A DNA stretch of 64,000 nucleotides from NCBI GenBank assembly GCA_963701295.1, contig OY969585.1, forward strand, positions 1,632,001 through 1,696,000, read 5' to 3'. This stretch comes from Ignavibacteriota bacterium (GTDB taxonomy: Bacteria > Bacteroidota > Ignavibacteria > UBA10030). How positions within the stretch are numbered: position 1 is the stretch's first letter; each line of letters opens with the position of its first letter. The position numbers and the translations under genes are program-made. Below are positions 40,945-50,653 of the stretch, one piece after another. The notes under the pieces were generated by a model. It was given only the letters and a program-made list of their open reading frames with translations, searched no databases and was not told the origin of the DNA.

Positions 40945-41870
40945 AACTTTTTCATCGTCATAACCTGAATCCTATTCTTACAGCTGCTCATTGGCCATAT
41001 CCCATTAATAGTGTGTTTAATCCAGGCGCGACTTTGTTGCCGGATGGAACTACCCTCCTTTTGTGCCGTGCGGAGGATCGGCGCGGGCATTCACATCTCT
41101 GTGCTGCTCGCTCTGCCAACGGCGTGGATAACTGGCAAATTGATTCTCATCCAACTTTCATGGCGGATCCCGATCACTTCCCTGAAGAACTCTGGGGTAT
41201 TGAAGACCCGCGAATTACATTTGTGCCGGAATTAAAAAAATATGCTATTGTCTATACCGCCTACACGCATGATGGTCCTGGTGTAGCCTTGGCGCTCACA
41301 GAAAACTTTGATACCTTCGAGCGATGCGGGTTAATCATGCAGCCAGAGGATAAAGATGCGGCTCTATTACCACGTCGCATTAACGGCCGTTGGGCTTTAA
41401 TCCATCGCCCGGTGAGTGCTCAGGGTGCTAACATGTGGATATCGTATTCGCCTGACCTTCGATATTGGGGCGGTCACAAGCTAATGCTTATAGCTCGGAA
41501 GGGCGGGTGGTGGGATGCAAATAAAATAGGACTTTCATCCCCGCCAATCGAAACACCGCAAGGCTGGCTAACGATTTACCATGGTGTGCGGCAGACAGCG
41601 TCCGGTTGCATTTACCGCTTAGGACTTGCGCTGTTTGATTTGGATACGCCTGAACACTGCCTTAAGCGCAGCACTGAGTGGATGTTCGGCCCGGAGCAAG
41701 CCTACGAGCGACGCGGTGACGTGGATGATGTTGTCTTTCCGTGTGGATACACTATCGCCCCTGACGGCGACACGATCCGGATGTATTATGGTGCGGCTGA
41801 TTCGAGCATTGCATTAGCCACGGGCAGTATCCACGCTATGTTAGAATGGCTTGAACAGCACAGCAAATAA
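40926..41870 (+). CDS. GH130 glycosidase/mannoside phosphorylase; apparent ACG start
   Basis: NPILTA..FNPGA, EDPRI, DKDA, IYHGV, VVFPCG and YYGAAD motifs. The frame extends upstream of the track's GTG at 41013 to ACG at 40926, which lies 10 nt after GGAGG. Confidence 0.85.
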   Translation, partial: TNNQHLELFHRHNLNPILTAAHWPYPINSVFNPGATLLPDGTTLLLCRAEDRRGHSHLCAARSANGVDNWQIDSHPTFMADPDHFPEELWGIEDPRITFVPELKKYAIVYTAYTHDGPGVALALTENFDTFERCGLIMQPEDKDAALLPRRINGRWALIHRPVSAQGANMWISYSPDLRYWGGHKLMLIARKGGWWDANKIGLSSPPIETPQGWLTIYHGVRQTASGCIYRLGLALFDLDTPEHCLKRSTEWMFGPEQAYERRGDVDDVVFPCGYTIAPDGDTIRMYYGAADSSIALATGSIHAMLEWLEQHSK

Positions 41871-41891
41871 AACTTAAATAAGGAGAAAATC

Positions 41892-42026
41892 ATGAGTAAA
41901 GGTCAAAACAGTAAAGATGGTTCAAAGAAAAAACCAGCAAAAACCATGAAAGAAAAAAAGGCGGCTAAAAGAGAGAAGAAAAGTGGAAAGATTAACCAAG
42001 GAATGGTTATTCAACCACATATGTGA
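41892..42026 (+). CDS. Small Lys-rich protein (44 aa), not in the ORF track
   Basis: MSKGQNSKDGSKKKPAKTMKEKKAAKREKKSGKINQGMVIQPHM*; strong AAGGAG RBS. Confidence 0.65.
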   Translation: MSKGQNSKDGSKKKPAKTMKEKKAAKREKKSGKINQGMVIQPHM

Positions 42027-42412
42027 GATTTTAAATGAAGGAAATAAAACCCGCCGCCCTCAGAATAGTATCGATCTCAGGGATCGGCTAGACCGGGTTA
42101 ATATTCTGGTTTTGCCGGAATTAAGTTTTCTGAGGAGATATGTTGAAATTTCCACATTGGATATATCCCGTCAAGACGCATGTAGTATGAAGTACTATTC
42201 AGATTTATCTGTATGGTATGCCTCTGGATCTTCGGATCGATAATAGTAGGTGCAGGTATTCTGATATGATTTTCATGAAAAAACTATTTGTAAAGAAAGA
42301 ATAATTACCTCTCCCGTTGTTCTTTTCTCGTCAAGTATTCTTTATGTCATGGGTAATTCTGGTCGGTTTCATGAGGTAGATTAATAGTGGTTGAACTAGA
42401 AAGGTGAATTCG

Positions 42413-42793
42413 ATGAAAAAAAATGTGGGTTTGTGGATTGACCATAAGAAGGCTGTGATTTTTAGTTTGGCAGATGAAGGAGCTGAAATAAAACGAATAT
42501 CGTCAGAATTAAAAAATGATGTCCTGCTCCCCGGAGGGGCGCAAAAGGAATCTGTAGAGGAACATGGGGACAAGCGTTTAACCGGCCATCTGAACAATTA
42601 CTATGATGAAATACTCTCTTATATGCGTGATGCGGAATCTATTTTGATATTTGGCCCCGGTGAGGCAAAGGTCGAACTTAAAAAACGTCTTGAGAATATG
42701 GAACTAAATGGACACATTGTTGGTATTGAAACAGCAGACACGATGACAGATAACCAGATTGTGGCAAAAGTACGCCAACGCTTTCTGAAATAG
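42413..42793 (+). CDS. Small eRF1 domain 2-like / host-attachment-like protein
   Basis: GLWIDHKKAVI, ILIFGPGEAK and ETADTMTDNQIVAKVR motifs. Confidence 0.6.
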   Translation: MKKNVGLWIDHKKAVIFSLADEGAEIKRISSELKNDVLLPGGAQKESVEEHGDKRLTGHLNNYYDEILSYMRDAESILIFGPGEAKVELKKRLENMELNGHIVGIETADTMTDNQIVAKVRQRFLK

Positions 42794-42935
42794 AATCTGC
42801 TTTCCCGGGACACTCTCTCCATAGGAATGGTCATCACAGAATATATTGTCACGTTGGAAACAACAAAAACATTTCCTTACAAGAGGTTAAAATCATGAAA
42901 AAACTAAATGATGGAATTTCTATATCGGTGCTCGC

Positions 42936-44411
42936 ATGACAAATACAGAGGACAAACGACACCGTTCCATCCTGCAACGAATTGCACATCGGGCGATGAT
43001 AGAAAGAGGACTTCTTCCAGATTTTTCTTCTCAGGCGATTGCCGAGCTTAACGGAATTCAAGGGGCTTCCACAACTGTTGAAAAATCGACGCGTGATCTT
43101 AGGAATCTTGCATGGTGCTCTATAGATAATGATGATTCGCGCGATTTGGATCAGCTTACTGTTGCCGAAAACATGCCGGAGGGAGCAGCAAAGATTCTTG
43201 TCGCCATCGCCGATGTTGAAGTTGTCGTCAAGAAGCAATCAGCGCTTGACGATCATGCAGAGCACAACACCACCTCGGTCTATACCGCTGCGCAGATATT
43301 CCCAATGCTGCCCGAGAAGCTCTCGACCGATCTCACATCTCTCAACTTTGAATCAGACCGCCTTGCCATCGTCATTGAAATGGTTATTGCCGGCGACGGC
43401 TCGCTTCAAAGTTCGGATATTTATCGAGCGGTGGTTTGCAATCGTGCAAAGCTTGCCTACAACAGTGTTGCTGCTTGGTTGGAAGAAACTGGGCCAATGC
43501 CGCAGGCAATCGGTTTAGTCAATGGCCTTGACGAAAATCTCCGACTCCAGGACCGCACAGCCCGAAAGCTGAAATCACTCCGGCACGAGCACGGTGCGCT
43601 TGATCTCGAAACAATAGAAGCCCGCCCTATATTTGAGGGAGATGAGATCAAGGACTTAGCAATTGAAAAAAAGAACAGTGCCAAAGGTATCATAGAGGAC
43701 TTTATGATTACGGCAAACGGTGTGACGGCACGATACCTTGCAGACAAAAAGTTTCCATCGCTACGGCGTGTTGTCCGGACACCAAAACGCTGGGATCGAA
43801 TCGTCGAGATTGCCTTAGAACACAATTTCACACTTCCTCAAGAGCCCAATTCAAAAGCCCTGGATGAATTCTTGCTTTCTGCAAAAACTGCGGATCCACT
43901 TCGCTTTCCCGATCTTTCTCTTAGTGTCATCAAGCTCTTAGGCGCCGGTGAATATGTCGTCGAACTTCCAGGCAGAGATTCTGCTGGACACTTCGGCCTT
44001 GCAGTCAAAGATTATTCTCACTCCACTGCACCGAACCGCCGATATCCCGATTTGATCACGCAGCGGTTAGTGAAAGCTGCGATGGCGAAGGATCCCATGC
44101 CGTATACGACTGATACATTGGCAGAACTCGCAAAGCACTGCACTGAAAATGAGGACGCGGCGAAAAAGGTTGAACGGCAGGTTGGAAAATCTGCAGCAGC
44201 TATGGTATTGGAGTCAAAAATAAATCAACAGTTCGATGCTTTTGTGACAGGCGCATCTGCTAAAGGAACGTGGGTCCGTCTTCTACATCCGCCTATTGAA
44301 GGAAGACTGGTGAGCGGCTTTGAAGGCTTGGATGTTGGCCACAGAATCCGAGTACAGTTACTGCACACTGATGTAGAGCGGGGATATATTGATTTTAAGA
44401 AAGTGGAATAA
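42936..44411 (+). CDS. RNB-domain ribonuclease (RNase II/R family, short form)
   Basis: SIDNDDSRDLDQ catalytic motif, IEDFMITAN, HFGLA..YSHSTAPNRRYPDL, and a C-terminal S1-like domain. Confidence 0.88.
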   Translation: MTNTEDKRHRSILQRIAHRAMIERGLLPDFSSQAIAELNGIQGASTTVEKSTRDLRNLAWCSIDNDDSRDLDQLTVAENMPEGAAKILVAIADVEVVVKKQSALDDHAEHNTTSVYTAAQIFPMLPEKLSTDLTSLNFESDRLAIVIEMVIAGDGSLQSSDIYRAVVCNRAKLAYNSVAAWLEETGPMPQAIGLVNGLDENLRLQDRTARKLKSLRHEHGALDLETIEARPIFEGDEIKDLAIEKKNSAKGIIEDFMITANGVTARYLADKKFPSLRRVVRTPKRWDRIVEIALEHNFTLPQEPNSKALDEFLLSAKTADPLRFPDLSLSVIKLLGAGEYVVELPGRDSAGHFGLAVKDYSHSTAPNRRYPDLITQRLVKAAMAKDPMPYTTDTLAELAKHCTENEDAAKKVERQVGKSAAAMVLESKINQQFDAFVTGASAKGTWVRLLHPPIEGRLVSGFEGLDVGHRIRVQLLHTDVERGYIDFKKVE

Positions 44412-44510
44412 TTTATAGAGAATGATTTCGTCGTGTTTGCCAGGCGATGATAACCCAATTGTTGTTTGGACCAAAGGGGACGAATATGATGTTCATCAAG
44501 GAGATGTAAA

Positions 44511-45602
44511 ATGAAAAACGTTGGGTTATTGAGCCCTTACAAACTAGGTAACATTGATCTGAAAAATCGAATCGTTATGGCACCAATGACGCGCTCTCGT
44601 GCACCGGGTAATGTGCCAAACGAATTAATGGCCGAATTCTATGGACAGCGTGCTACCGCAGGACTCATTATTACCGAAGGGACGTCTCCTTCGCCGAATG
44701 GTCTCGGTTACAGCCGTATCCCCGGAATCTTTAGCGGAATACAAGTGGAAGGTTGGAAGAAAATTACACATGCCGTACATTCCAAAGGTGGAAAAATATT
44801 TGTTCAGCTCATGCATACCGGGCGCATCTGCCATCATGCAAATATGCCAAAAGACGCAGTAATTATTGCGCCCTCTGCCGTGAAGCCAGCCGGACAAGTG
44901 TGGACAGACGCTCTGGGATTGCAGGATTTTCCTATCCCCAAAGAAATGGTTATTGAAGAAATAAAACATACGATACAAGAATACATTACCGCTGCGGCGA
45001 ATGCGATAAAAGCCGAATTTGACGGCATAGAACTCCATGGTGCCAATGGATACCTCTTAGAGCAATTCTTGTCTCCTGTGAGTAATAAAAGAAATGATGA
45101 CTACGGAGGCAGTATAGAAAACCGTTGCCGTTTCCTTTTGGAAGTAGTGCGAGGCGCGGTCAAAACAATTGGAAAGGAGAGAGTCGGTATACGTTTATCT
45201 CCTTACGGTGTAGCAAGCGATATGCCTTATTATCCTGAAATTGATAGCACATATAAGTATCTTTCTGAGCAGCTCAATCACATGGAGATCCTGTATATCC
45301 ATATTGTAGACCACAGCAGCATGGGAGCACCAGCAGTGCCTATCGAGATTAAAAAAGCTATCCGCGAAAGATTTCAAGGTGTAATTATTCTGAGCGGTGG
45401 ATATACAAAAGAACGCGCTGAAAACGAAGTACAAGGCGGACTTGCAGAACTTATCGCATTCGGCAAACCATTTATTAATAATCCTGATCTCGTTGAACGA
45501 TTCATTAACGGCTGGCCGATTTCAAAGGAGCTTGATATGAAAACATTCTATTCTCCAGGTGAAAAAGGATATACAGACTATCCTTTATATGCTGTTAGTT
45601 GA
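44511..45602 (+). CDS. Old yellow enzyme / alkene reductase (NemA-like)
   Basis: MAPMTRSRA, QLMHTGR, ELHGANGYLLEQF, RLSPYG and GYTDYP motifs. Confidence 0.92.
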   Translation: MKNVGLLSPYKLGNIDLKNRIVMAPMTRSRAPGNVPNELMAEFYGQRATAGLIITEGTSPSPNGLGYSRIPGIFSGIQVEGWKKITHAVHSKGGKIFVQLMHTGRICHHANMPKDAVIIAPSAVKPAGQVWTDALGLQDFPIPKEMVIEEIKHTIQEYITAAANAIKAEFDGIELHGANGYLLEQFLSPVSNKRNDDYGGSIENRCRFLLEVVRGAVKTIGKERVGIRLSPYGVASDMPYYPEIDSTYKYLSEQLNHMEILYIHIVDHSSMGAPAVPIEIKKAIRERFQGVIILSGGYTKERAENEVQGGLAELIAFGKPFINNPDLVERFINGWPISKELDMKTFYSPGEKGYTDYPLYAVS

Positions 45603-45624
45603 CGAACAGTAAAAGAATTATATT

Positions 45625-46122
45625 ATGAAAATACACTTGCCCGAGAACGAACAGAACCTTCTGCCGCCGGCTGATTGGGCGGCAGAAATTCAGAGATTGC
45701 AAGAAAAGCTAATAAATGAACGCGACCGAAACCTCCGCACACTTGCAGACTTTAAGAATTATCGCCGCCGCATTGAACGTGATGGCAATACGATTGCCAA
45801 GGAAAGTGAGCGGGGAATGTTGCTTCCTCTGCTAGATATCGTCGACGACATGGAAAAAGCGCTTCAGAGTGCAAATGATGTGAAGCAACCCTTTGTGCAA
45901 GGTGTGCAAATCATCTATCAAAAACTTCTTGCCCTGTTGGAGACATATGGAGTTCTCCCTTTCGAAAGTGTTGGTACGCCATTCAATCATAATTTGCATG
46001 AAGCTGTGGCGATGGCGAAATATGAAGGTAGTGAACCGGGAACCGTTGTTAATGAATTGCGTCGCGGCTATCTCTGGAATAATGAACTACTGCGCGTTGC
46101 GCAAGTACGAGTTGCCGGATGA
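45625..46122 (+). CDS. grpE: Nucleotide exchange factor GrpE
   Basis: LRTLADFKNYRRR, LLPLLDIVDDMEKA, FNHNLHEAV and GY..LLRVAQVRV motifs. Confidence 0.85.
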   Translation: MKIHLPENEQNLLPPADWAAEIQRLQEKLINERDRNLRTLADFKNYRRRIERDGNTIAKESERGMLLPLLDIVDDMEKALQSANDVKQPFVQGVQIIYQKLLALLETYGVLPFESVGTPFNHNLHEAVAMAKYEGSEPGTVVNELRRGYLWNNELLRVAQVRVAG

Positions 46123-46173
46123 TAAAGATCATGTGTGATAGCGCCCCGGAAATAAGTATAAAAAGGTAAAACT

Positions 46174-47100
46174 ATGAACTACAAAGATTACTACAAGGTA
46201 TTGGGCGTCGGAAAAACAGCCACAACGGAAGAAATCAAAAAGGCATATCGAAAGCTTGCCAACAAATATCACCCTGACAAAACCAAAGGAGACAAAACAG
46301 CCGAAGAGAAGTTTAAGGATATCAATGAAGCCAATGGAATTCTCAGCGATCCGGTGAAGCGAAAAAAATACGATCAGTTTGGCGCAGATTGGAAGCAGTA
46401 CGAGGCAGCCGGAGCGCAACCGGGCGGATTCGATTGGTCGAAGTATACAAGCGGCCGTGGCGGACAAAAACACACCATGAGTCAAGAAGAGTTCAGCGCG
46501 ATGTTTAATGAGGATGGCGGCGGTGATATTTTTGAAACTCTTTTCGGACAGCATTCCAGAGAAAGGCATGGGAAAAGGAACAGGGCGATCAAAGGAGAGG
46601 ATTCGGAAGCTGAGACGACACTCTCGCTTGAAGAAGCCTATCATGGTTCGACCCGGTTTCTTAAGGTCAATGGTCAAACAATCAAGATCATTTTGAAGCC
46701 AGGGATCATGGATCAGCAAGTATTAAGATTGGAAGGCAAGGGAGGCCATGGGTTGAACGGCGGCGCAAACGGCGATCTTTACATCACCATCAAAGTCGTA
46801 TCACATCCGGAATTTCAGCGGAGAGGAAATGATCTTTACTGCGATAGGCCGGTCGACTTGTATACTGCCGTGCTCGGCGGTAAGGCGCGGATCAAAACCT
46901 TGAAGGATACGGTCAATGTAGATATTCCCAAAGAAACGCCCAACGGCAAGATGCTGAGACTCATGGGTCTCGGGATGCCGGTGTATGGCACAAAAAACGA
47001 ATTTGGGAACCTCTATGTCACTATTGTCATTCAACTACCCGATCATCTCAGTGAGCAAGAAATCGAATTGTTCAGGAAACTATCTTCACTACGGAAATAA
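46174..47100 (+). CDS. cbpA: Type II J-domain protein (CbpA/DnaJ-like, no zinc finger)
   Basis: [15 protein letters not shown]-rich linker and DnaJ C-terminal domain. Confidence 0.8.
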   Translation: MNYKDYYKVLGVGKTATTEEIKKAYRKLANKYHPDKTKGDKTAEEKFKDINEANGILSDPVKRKKYDQFGADWKQYEAAGAQPGGFDWSKYTSGRGGQKHTMSQEEFSAMFNEDGGGDIFETLFGQHSRERHGKRNRAIKGEDSEAETTLSLEEAYHGSTRFLKVNGQTIKIILKPGIMDQQVLRLEGKGGHGLNGGANGDLYITIKVVSHPEFQRRGNDLYCDRPVDLYTAVLGGKARIKTLKDTVNVDIPKETPNGKMLRLMGLGMPVYGTKNEFGNLYVTIVIQLPDHLSEQEIELFRKLSSLRK

Positions 47101-47431
47101 ACTCCGTTCGCATTCAGATCAGTCTCATTCTACTGTCAAGCGATATTCAATCTTGCACCTCATGGAAGTTCTCTGTCTGTCAGGACGCACGCTAAATAAA
47201 CTGCGGGTAAAAAAATCTTAACAGCATATGAAAATGACTGCGTTACAGGCCTGGGCATATCTTGTATTTTATTTTTAAAATCATTAATTTTCTAACAACA
47301 ACGAGTGTAATCTGAGCAGATAAGTAAAGGGAGATCGCGCCGATTTTCTGAAATCAAGAGAGAGATCAGAATACTGCAACACCTGAGCTCGGAGGTTTCG
47401 ATGCGTCATAGAAATAAAGTGATACTATCCT

Positions 47432-48081
47432 ATGAAAAAAATTAGAATACTCATCATAGACGATAATCGCGTTTTGCGCGAGGGTATCACGACGATGCTC
47501 AATGAGCAGGCAGATATGCACGTCACGGCTACCATAGGAAGCGGCAATAATATTCTGCTGAAAGCAAGCCAAGCAAAACCTCATGTTATTCTTATGGACA
47601 TGGGTATGAAGGATTTCAAAGATGTGTCCATTGTAGAATCGATACGGAAAAAAATGCCGGAAGTGAAAGTGATCGGAATGGGGTTTGTCCCGACACAATC
47701 AGACATCGTTGAGTTTGTTGAAGCAGGAGCATCGGGTTTCATTCTGAAAATCGCGACAGTAAAGGAATTTATCGGCACCATTCGATCTGTGGCAAAGGGA
47801 ATAAAAGTTCTCCCCCCTCTCTGGCCGGTTCACTTTTTACTCATGTGATTGAGCTTGCTCTTAAAAAGAGGAAGGGAAGAACAACCAATGTTGTGCGGAT
47901 GACGAAACGCGAACGTGAAATAATCGTACTGATTGCTGATGGCCTGAGCAACAAAGAAATTGCCCAGCAGCTGAACATCGCTACCCATACGGTGAAAAGC
48001 CATCTGCATAACATCATGGAAAAATTAGCCCTGCACAGCCGCCTGCAAATAGCAAAGTATACCCGCGAAGAGAACTACTAA
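47432..48081 (+). CDS. NarL/LuxR-family response regulator, 1 nt frameshift near 47812-47820
   Basis: REC domain in 47432..47848 and LuxR HTH (MTKREREI..GLSNKEIA..TVKSH) in 47845..48081. Adding one base in CCCCCCTCTCT gives a continuous frame, e.g. KVLPPSLAGSLFTHVIE. Confidence 0.85.
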
Positions 48082-48255
48082 TTTTTGTTGTACAATATGA
48101 CAATGCTACTAAGAAACTTTATTTATCCGCATCCTTAAAAAGAAAATTCCCAAAACAACACACGATCTCTCCTCTTTATTTACTCGTGTTACGCATGAAC
48201 TGAAAACAACCATCGGCGTGCTCAATTCCAAAAAAGCTTCGATCTCTCTATATAT

Positions 48256-48468
48256 GAAACTGCCTAAAAAAGTACCCCATCATTGCGATCCCGCTGCTTT
48301 ATAGCGGGAGAAGCAATCTGCAACCATCTGTTTTGCTTAGTAAACCTTGTTTTGTCCGTCTCAACATTGATGAGTTGAGATCTCGTTCCGACAAAGTCGG
48401 AACGGATGGATTGCTTCATTCGCTTCGCTCACTCACAATGACTGTCTCTTTGCTTTTTAGACAGCCTC
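48256..48468. mobile_element. Nested palindromic MITE-like element, copy 2
   Basis: Imperfect TIR GAAACTGCCTAAAAA / TTTTTAGACAGCCTC around ATCATTGCGA..GAAGCAATC..GATTGCTTC..TCACAATGAC. Confidence 0.6.
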
Positions 48469-48661
48469 AAAAAGGGCAGGTGAATAGAGCGATTTCTCAC
48501 TGTGATCTGCAAAGTTGGGCTTTCTGCGTAACATCAGTTATTTAGTATTTTTCCCTTTATGAGAATGCTTTTCATCCCCAACACCGGGCGTTTCTTTTTG
48601 CCCTTCTGATCAAACCAGTTCGTTTGTTTTTCATGAGCCTGTTTATATTTAGGCTCTTCTA

Positions 48662-48701
48662 AAAAGAATTAATCCCTTTTTCATCCTTTCGGACTATTTC
48701 T
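48662..48701 (+). promoter_or_regulatory. 40 bp conserved upstream motif, copy 2; -10 hexamer TACAAT at 48720
   Basis: AAAAGAATTAATCCCTTTTTCATCCTTTCGGACTATTTCT. Confidence 0.8.
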
Positions 48702-48835
48702 GCTAAACAAAAACATTGCTACAATTTTACGCCTCACTCTATAAGAGTGATTATCTCTTTTCGAAAAGGGAGATGGGGTTTGTGGAAAATAATTACGTAA
48801 TCATTGTACCGGATTTTTAAAAAAAAGGGTAAGCT

Positions 48836-49393
48836 ATGATGAATCAAAGAATATTTGAAAAGACAGCTCTTCCGCATATGACCATTCTCCATGCTTATGC
48901 ATTGCATCTGACTATGAATTCCGAACATGCGAAGGATCTCTTGCAAGAAACGTATCTCAAAGCATATAGATTCTGGGGCAATTTTGAAAAAGGAACAAAT
49001 ATCAAAGCGTGGTTATATTGTATTATGAAGAATTCATACATAAACTTCTATAGAAAAGAAATAAAAGAGCCGAAGAAGGTGGAATATCAAGAATATCACT
49101 TGCCTTATAGCACGACACAAGAGGCATCTTTCGACAAAAAACATCTTCCGGAAAAGACTTACGATGAAATATTTGGTGACGAAATTGCCCGATCCATCGA
49201 ATCGCTAAAAGATTCTTTCAAGAACATCATCCTTCTCAGCGATGTTGAGGGGCTCACGTATAAAGAAATTGCAAAAGTGATTGATTGCCCGGTAGGTACT
49301 GTACGTTCTCGCTTATATAGAGGAAGAAGCCAATTAAGGAAAAAACTCTTCAAGTATGCTAAGAAGAACGGATATATCCTCCAGGAGTCTTGA
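48836..49393 (+). CDS. ECF sigma-70 factor
   Basis: AKDLLQETYLKA, KAWLYCIMKN and YKEIA..CPVGTVRSRLYRGR motifs. Confidence 0.9.
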   Translation: MMNQRIFEKTALPHMTILHAYALHLTMNSEHAKDLLQETYLKAYRFWGNFEKGTNIKAWLYCIMKNSYINFYRKEIKEPKKVEYQEYHLPYSTTQEASFDKKHLPEKTYDEIFGDEIARSIESLKDSFKNIILLSDVEGLTYKEIAKVIDCPVGTVRSRLYRGRSQLRKKLFKYAKKNGYILQES

Positions 49394-49450
49394 ATGTACA
49401 GTTTCCATGAAAGCACACATTCAGTTAAAAAACCGGCGGCATTCCTTCCA

Positions 49451-49490
49451 AAAAGAATTAATCCTCTTTTCATCCTTTCGGACTATTCCT
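49451..49490 (+). promoter_or_regulatory. 40 bp conserved upstream motif, copy 3; -10 hexamer TATACT at 49509
   Basis: AAAAGAATTAATCCTCTTTTCATCCTTTCGGACTATTCCT. Confidence 0.8.
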
Positions 49491-49565
49491 TCTCAATGCA
49501 ATCATTGGTATACTTCTTCACGATAGTTCAGGGGATGAGCACTTGAAAGAAAAGGAACTTGCATA

Positions 49566-49877
49566 ATGAACTGGGATAGAATTGAAGGACAGTGGAAGCA
49601 GCGAAGAGGAAAATCGGCGCACCATTGGGGAAAATTAATGAACGACGAGCTTGCTGCCGTCGCGGGGAAACACGAACAGCTTGTGGGAATGCTCCAAGAG
49701 AAATACGGTGTTGTCAAAGAGGAAGCCAAGCGGCAAGTTGATGAGTTCAAAAAAGTTATCGAGCAATTGAAAAAGTCCAATGCCAACCTCATGAGATCAC
49801 AAAAATCATCGAGAAAAAGAAGGAAGAAGTCGAACGGAAAATCGGTAAAAGTAAAAACATCGTCGAGGAAACCGTAA
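49566..49877 (+). CDS. CsbD-like protein, paralog of 37897..38208
   Basis: Same length (103 aa) and motifs: MNWDRIEGQWKQRRGK..LQEKYG. Confidence 0.8.
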   Translation: MNWDRIEGQWKQRRGKSAHHWGKLMNDELAAVAGKHEQLVGMLQEKYGVVKEEAKRQVDEFKKVIEQLKKSNANLMRSQKSSRKRRKKSNGKSVKVKTSSRKP

Positions 49878-50210
49878 ACCATTAAGGGAAATTAGTGAGC
49901 GACGAGTTTGCTAACAATGTGGGAAGCACGAACAGCTTTTGGGAATTCTTCAAAAGAAATACGGTATTATAAAAAAAGGAAAGCCTTTTAATGATCTCTG
50001 TGGATATGGAATTACGCACTCAATCAAATCTCTGCCAAATAATTTAAGGACTGTCGTATTACTCAGTGATTAAGGTTTGCTGAAATTGCAAAAATACTTG
50101 CTTGTCCAGTAGGTACCGTGCGCTCACAGTTGTACAGGGGTCGAAAATTACTCTAACAAAAGCTGGTAAATTATTCTATAATTGATGGTTATATTTTAAG
50201 GAAGTTCGAA
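49878..50210 (+). pseudogene. Decayed csbD-like fragment fused to a decayed ECF sigma region 4 fragment
   Basis: 49878-49986 aligns by eye to 49620-49729. 49992-50210 reads SIKSLPNNLRTVVLLSD*G..EIAKILACPVGTVRSQLYRGRKLL*QKL..GYIL, matching the C-terminus of 48836..49393. Confidence 0.75.
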
Positions 50211-50354
50211 AATTCGGAGGATCTGCAAAAAGACAATTTCAAGTAAGGATTGTATACGTTTGCTCTTTGCCGCAGTCTCTGTGTTATATCGGATCAAAAA
50301 CGAATCCACGATCCGGTGTTTTTATCTCCAATTTTATCGGTAATTCCCCGCACT

Positions 50355-50394
50355 AAAGGGATTAATCCCTTTTTCATCCTTTTGGGCTATTCCC
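50355..50394 (+). promoter_or_regulatory. 40 bp conserved upstream motif, copy 4; -10 hexamer TACAAT at 50413
   Basis: AAAGGGATTAATCCCTTTTTCATCCTTTTGGGCTATTCCC. Confidence 0.8.
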
Positions 50395-50653
50395 AATAAA
50401 ATATTTCATCATTACAATTATACACTTGAGCAGAGGAGTCTTCCACCCTCGAAGGATGGAAGAGAAAGGGCTTATGAAGCAGAGTGAGGCAAAGAGAGAA
50501 TGCTTTCCCGCCAAAGAAATAGAAAATATTCTGAAATCTAAGATAATCACAAAACAAGATTCTATAATAAAAGGAAGAAAGATATAACATAGTTGATTGT
50601 TGTGATATGTTTTCCGTGTCATGAATAAAATCACCACCTGGAGGGTCTTCAAT

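Noticed and set aside
41983-42243. 86 aa ORF in the track
   Set aside because: It overlaps the better-supported Lys-rich ORF, has a GTG start without a convincing RBS, and shows no motifs.
37721-50394. 40 bp repeats as a CRISPR array
   Set aside because: The copies are 0.8-11 kb apart, each lies upstream of a gene, and there are no spacers or cas genes.
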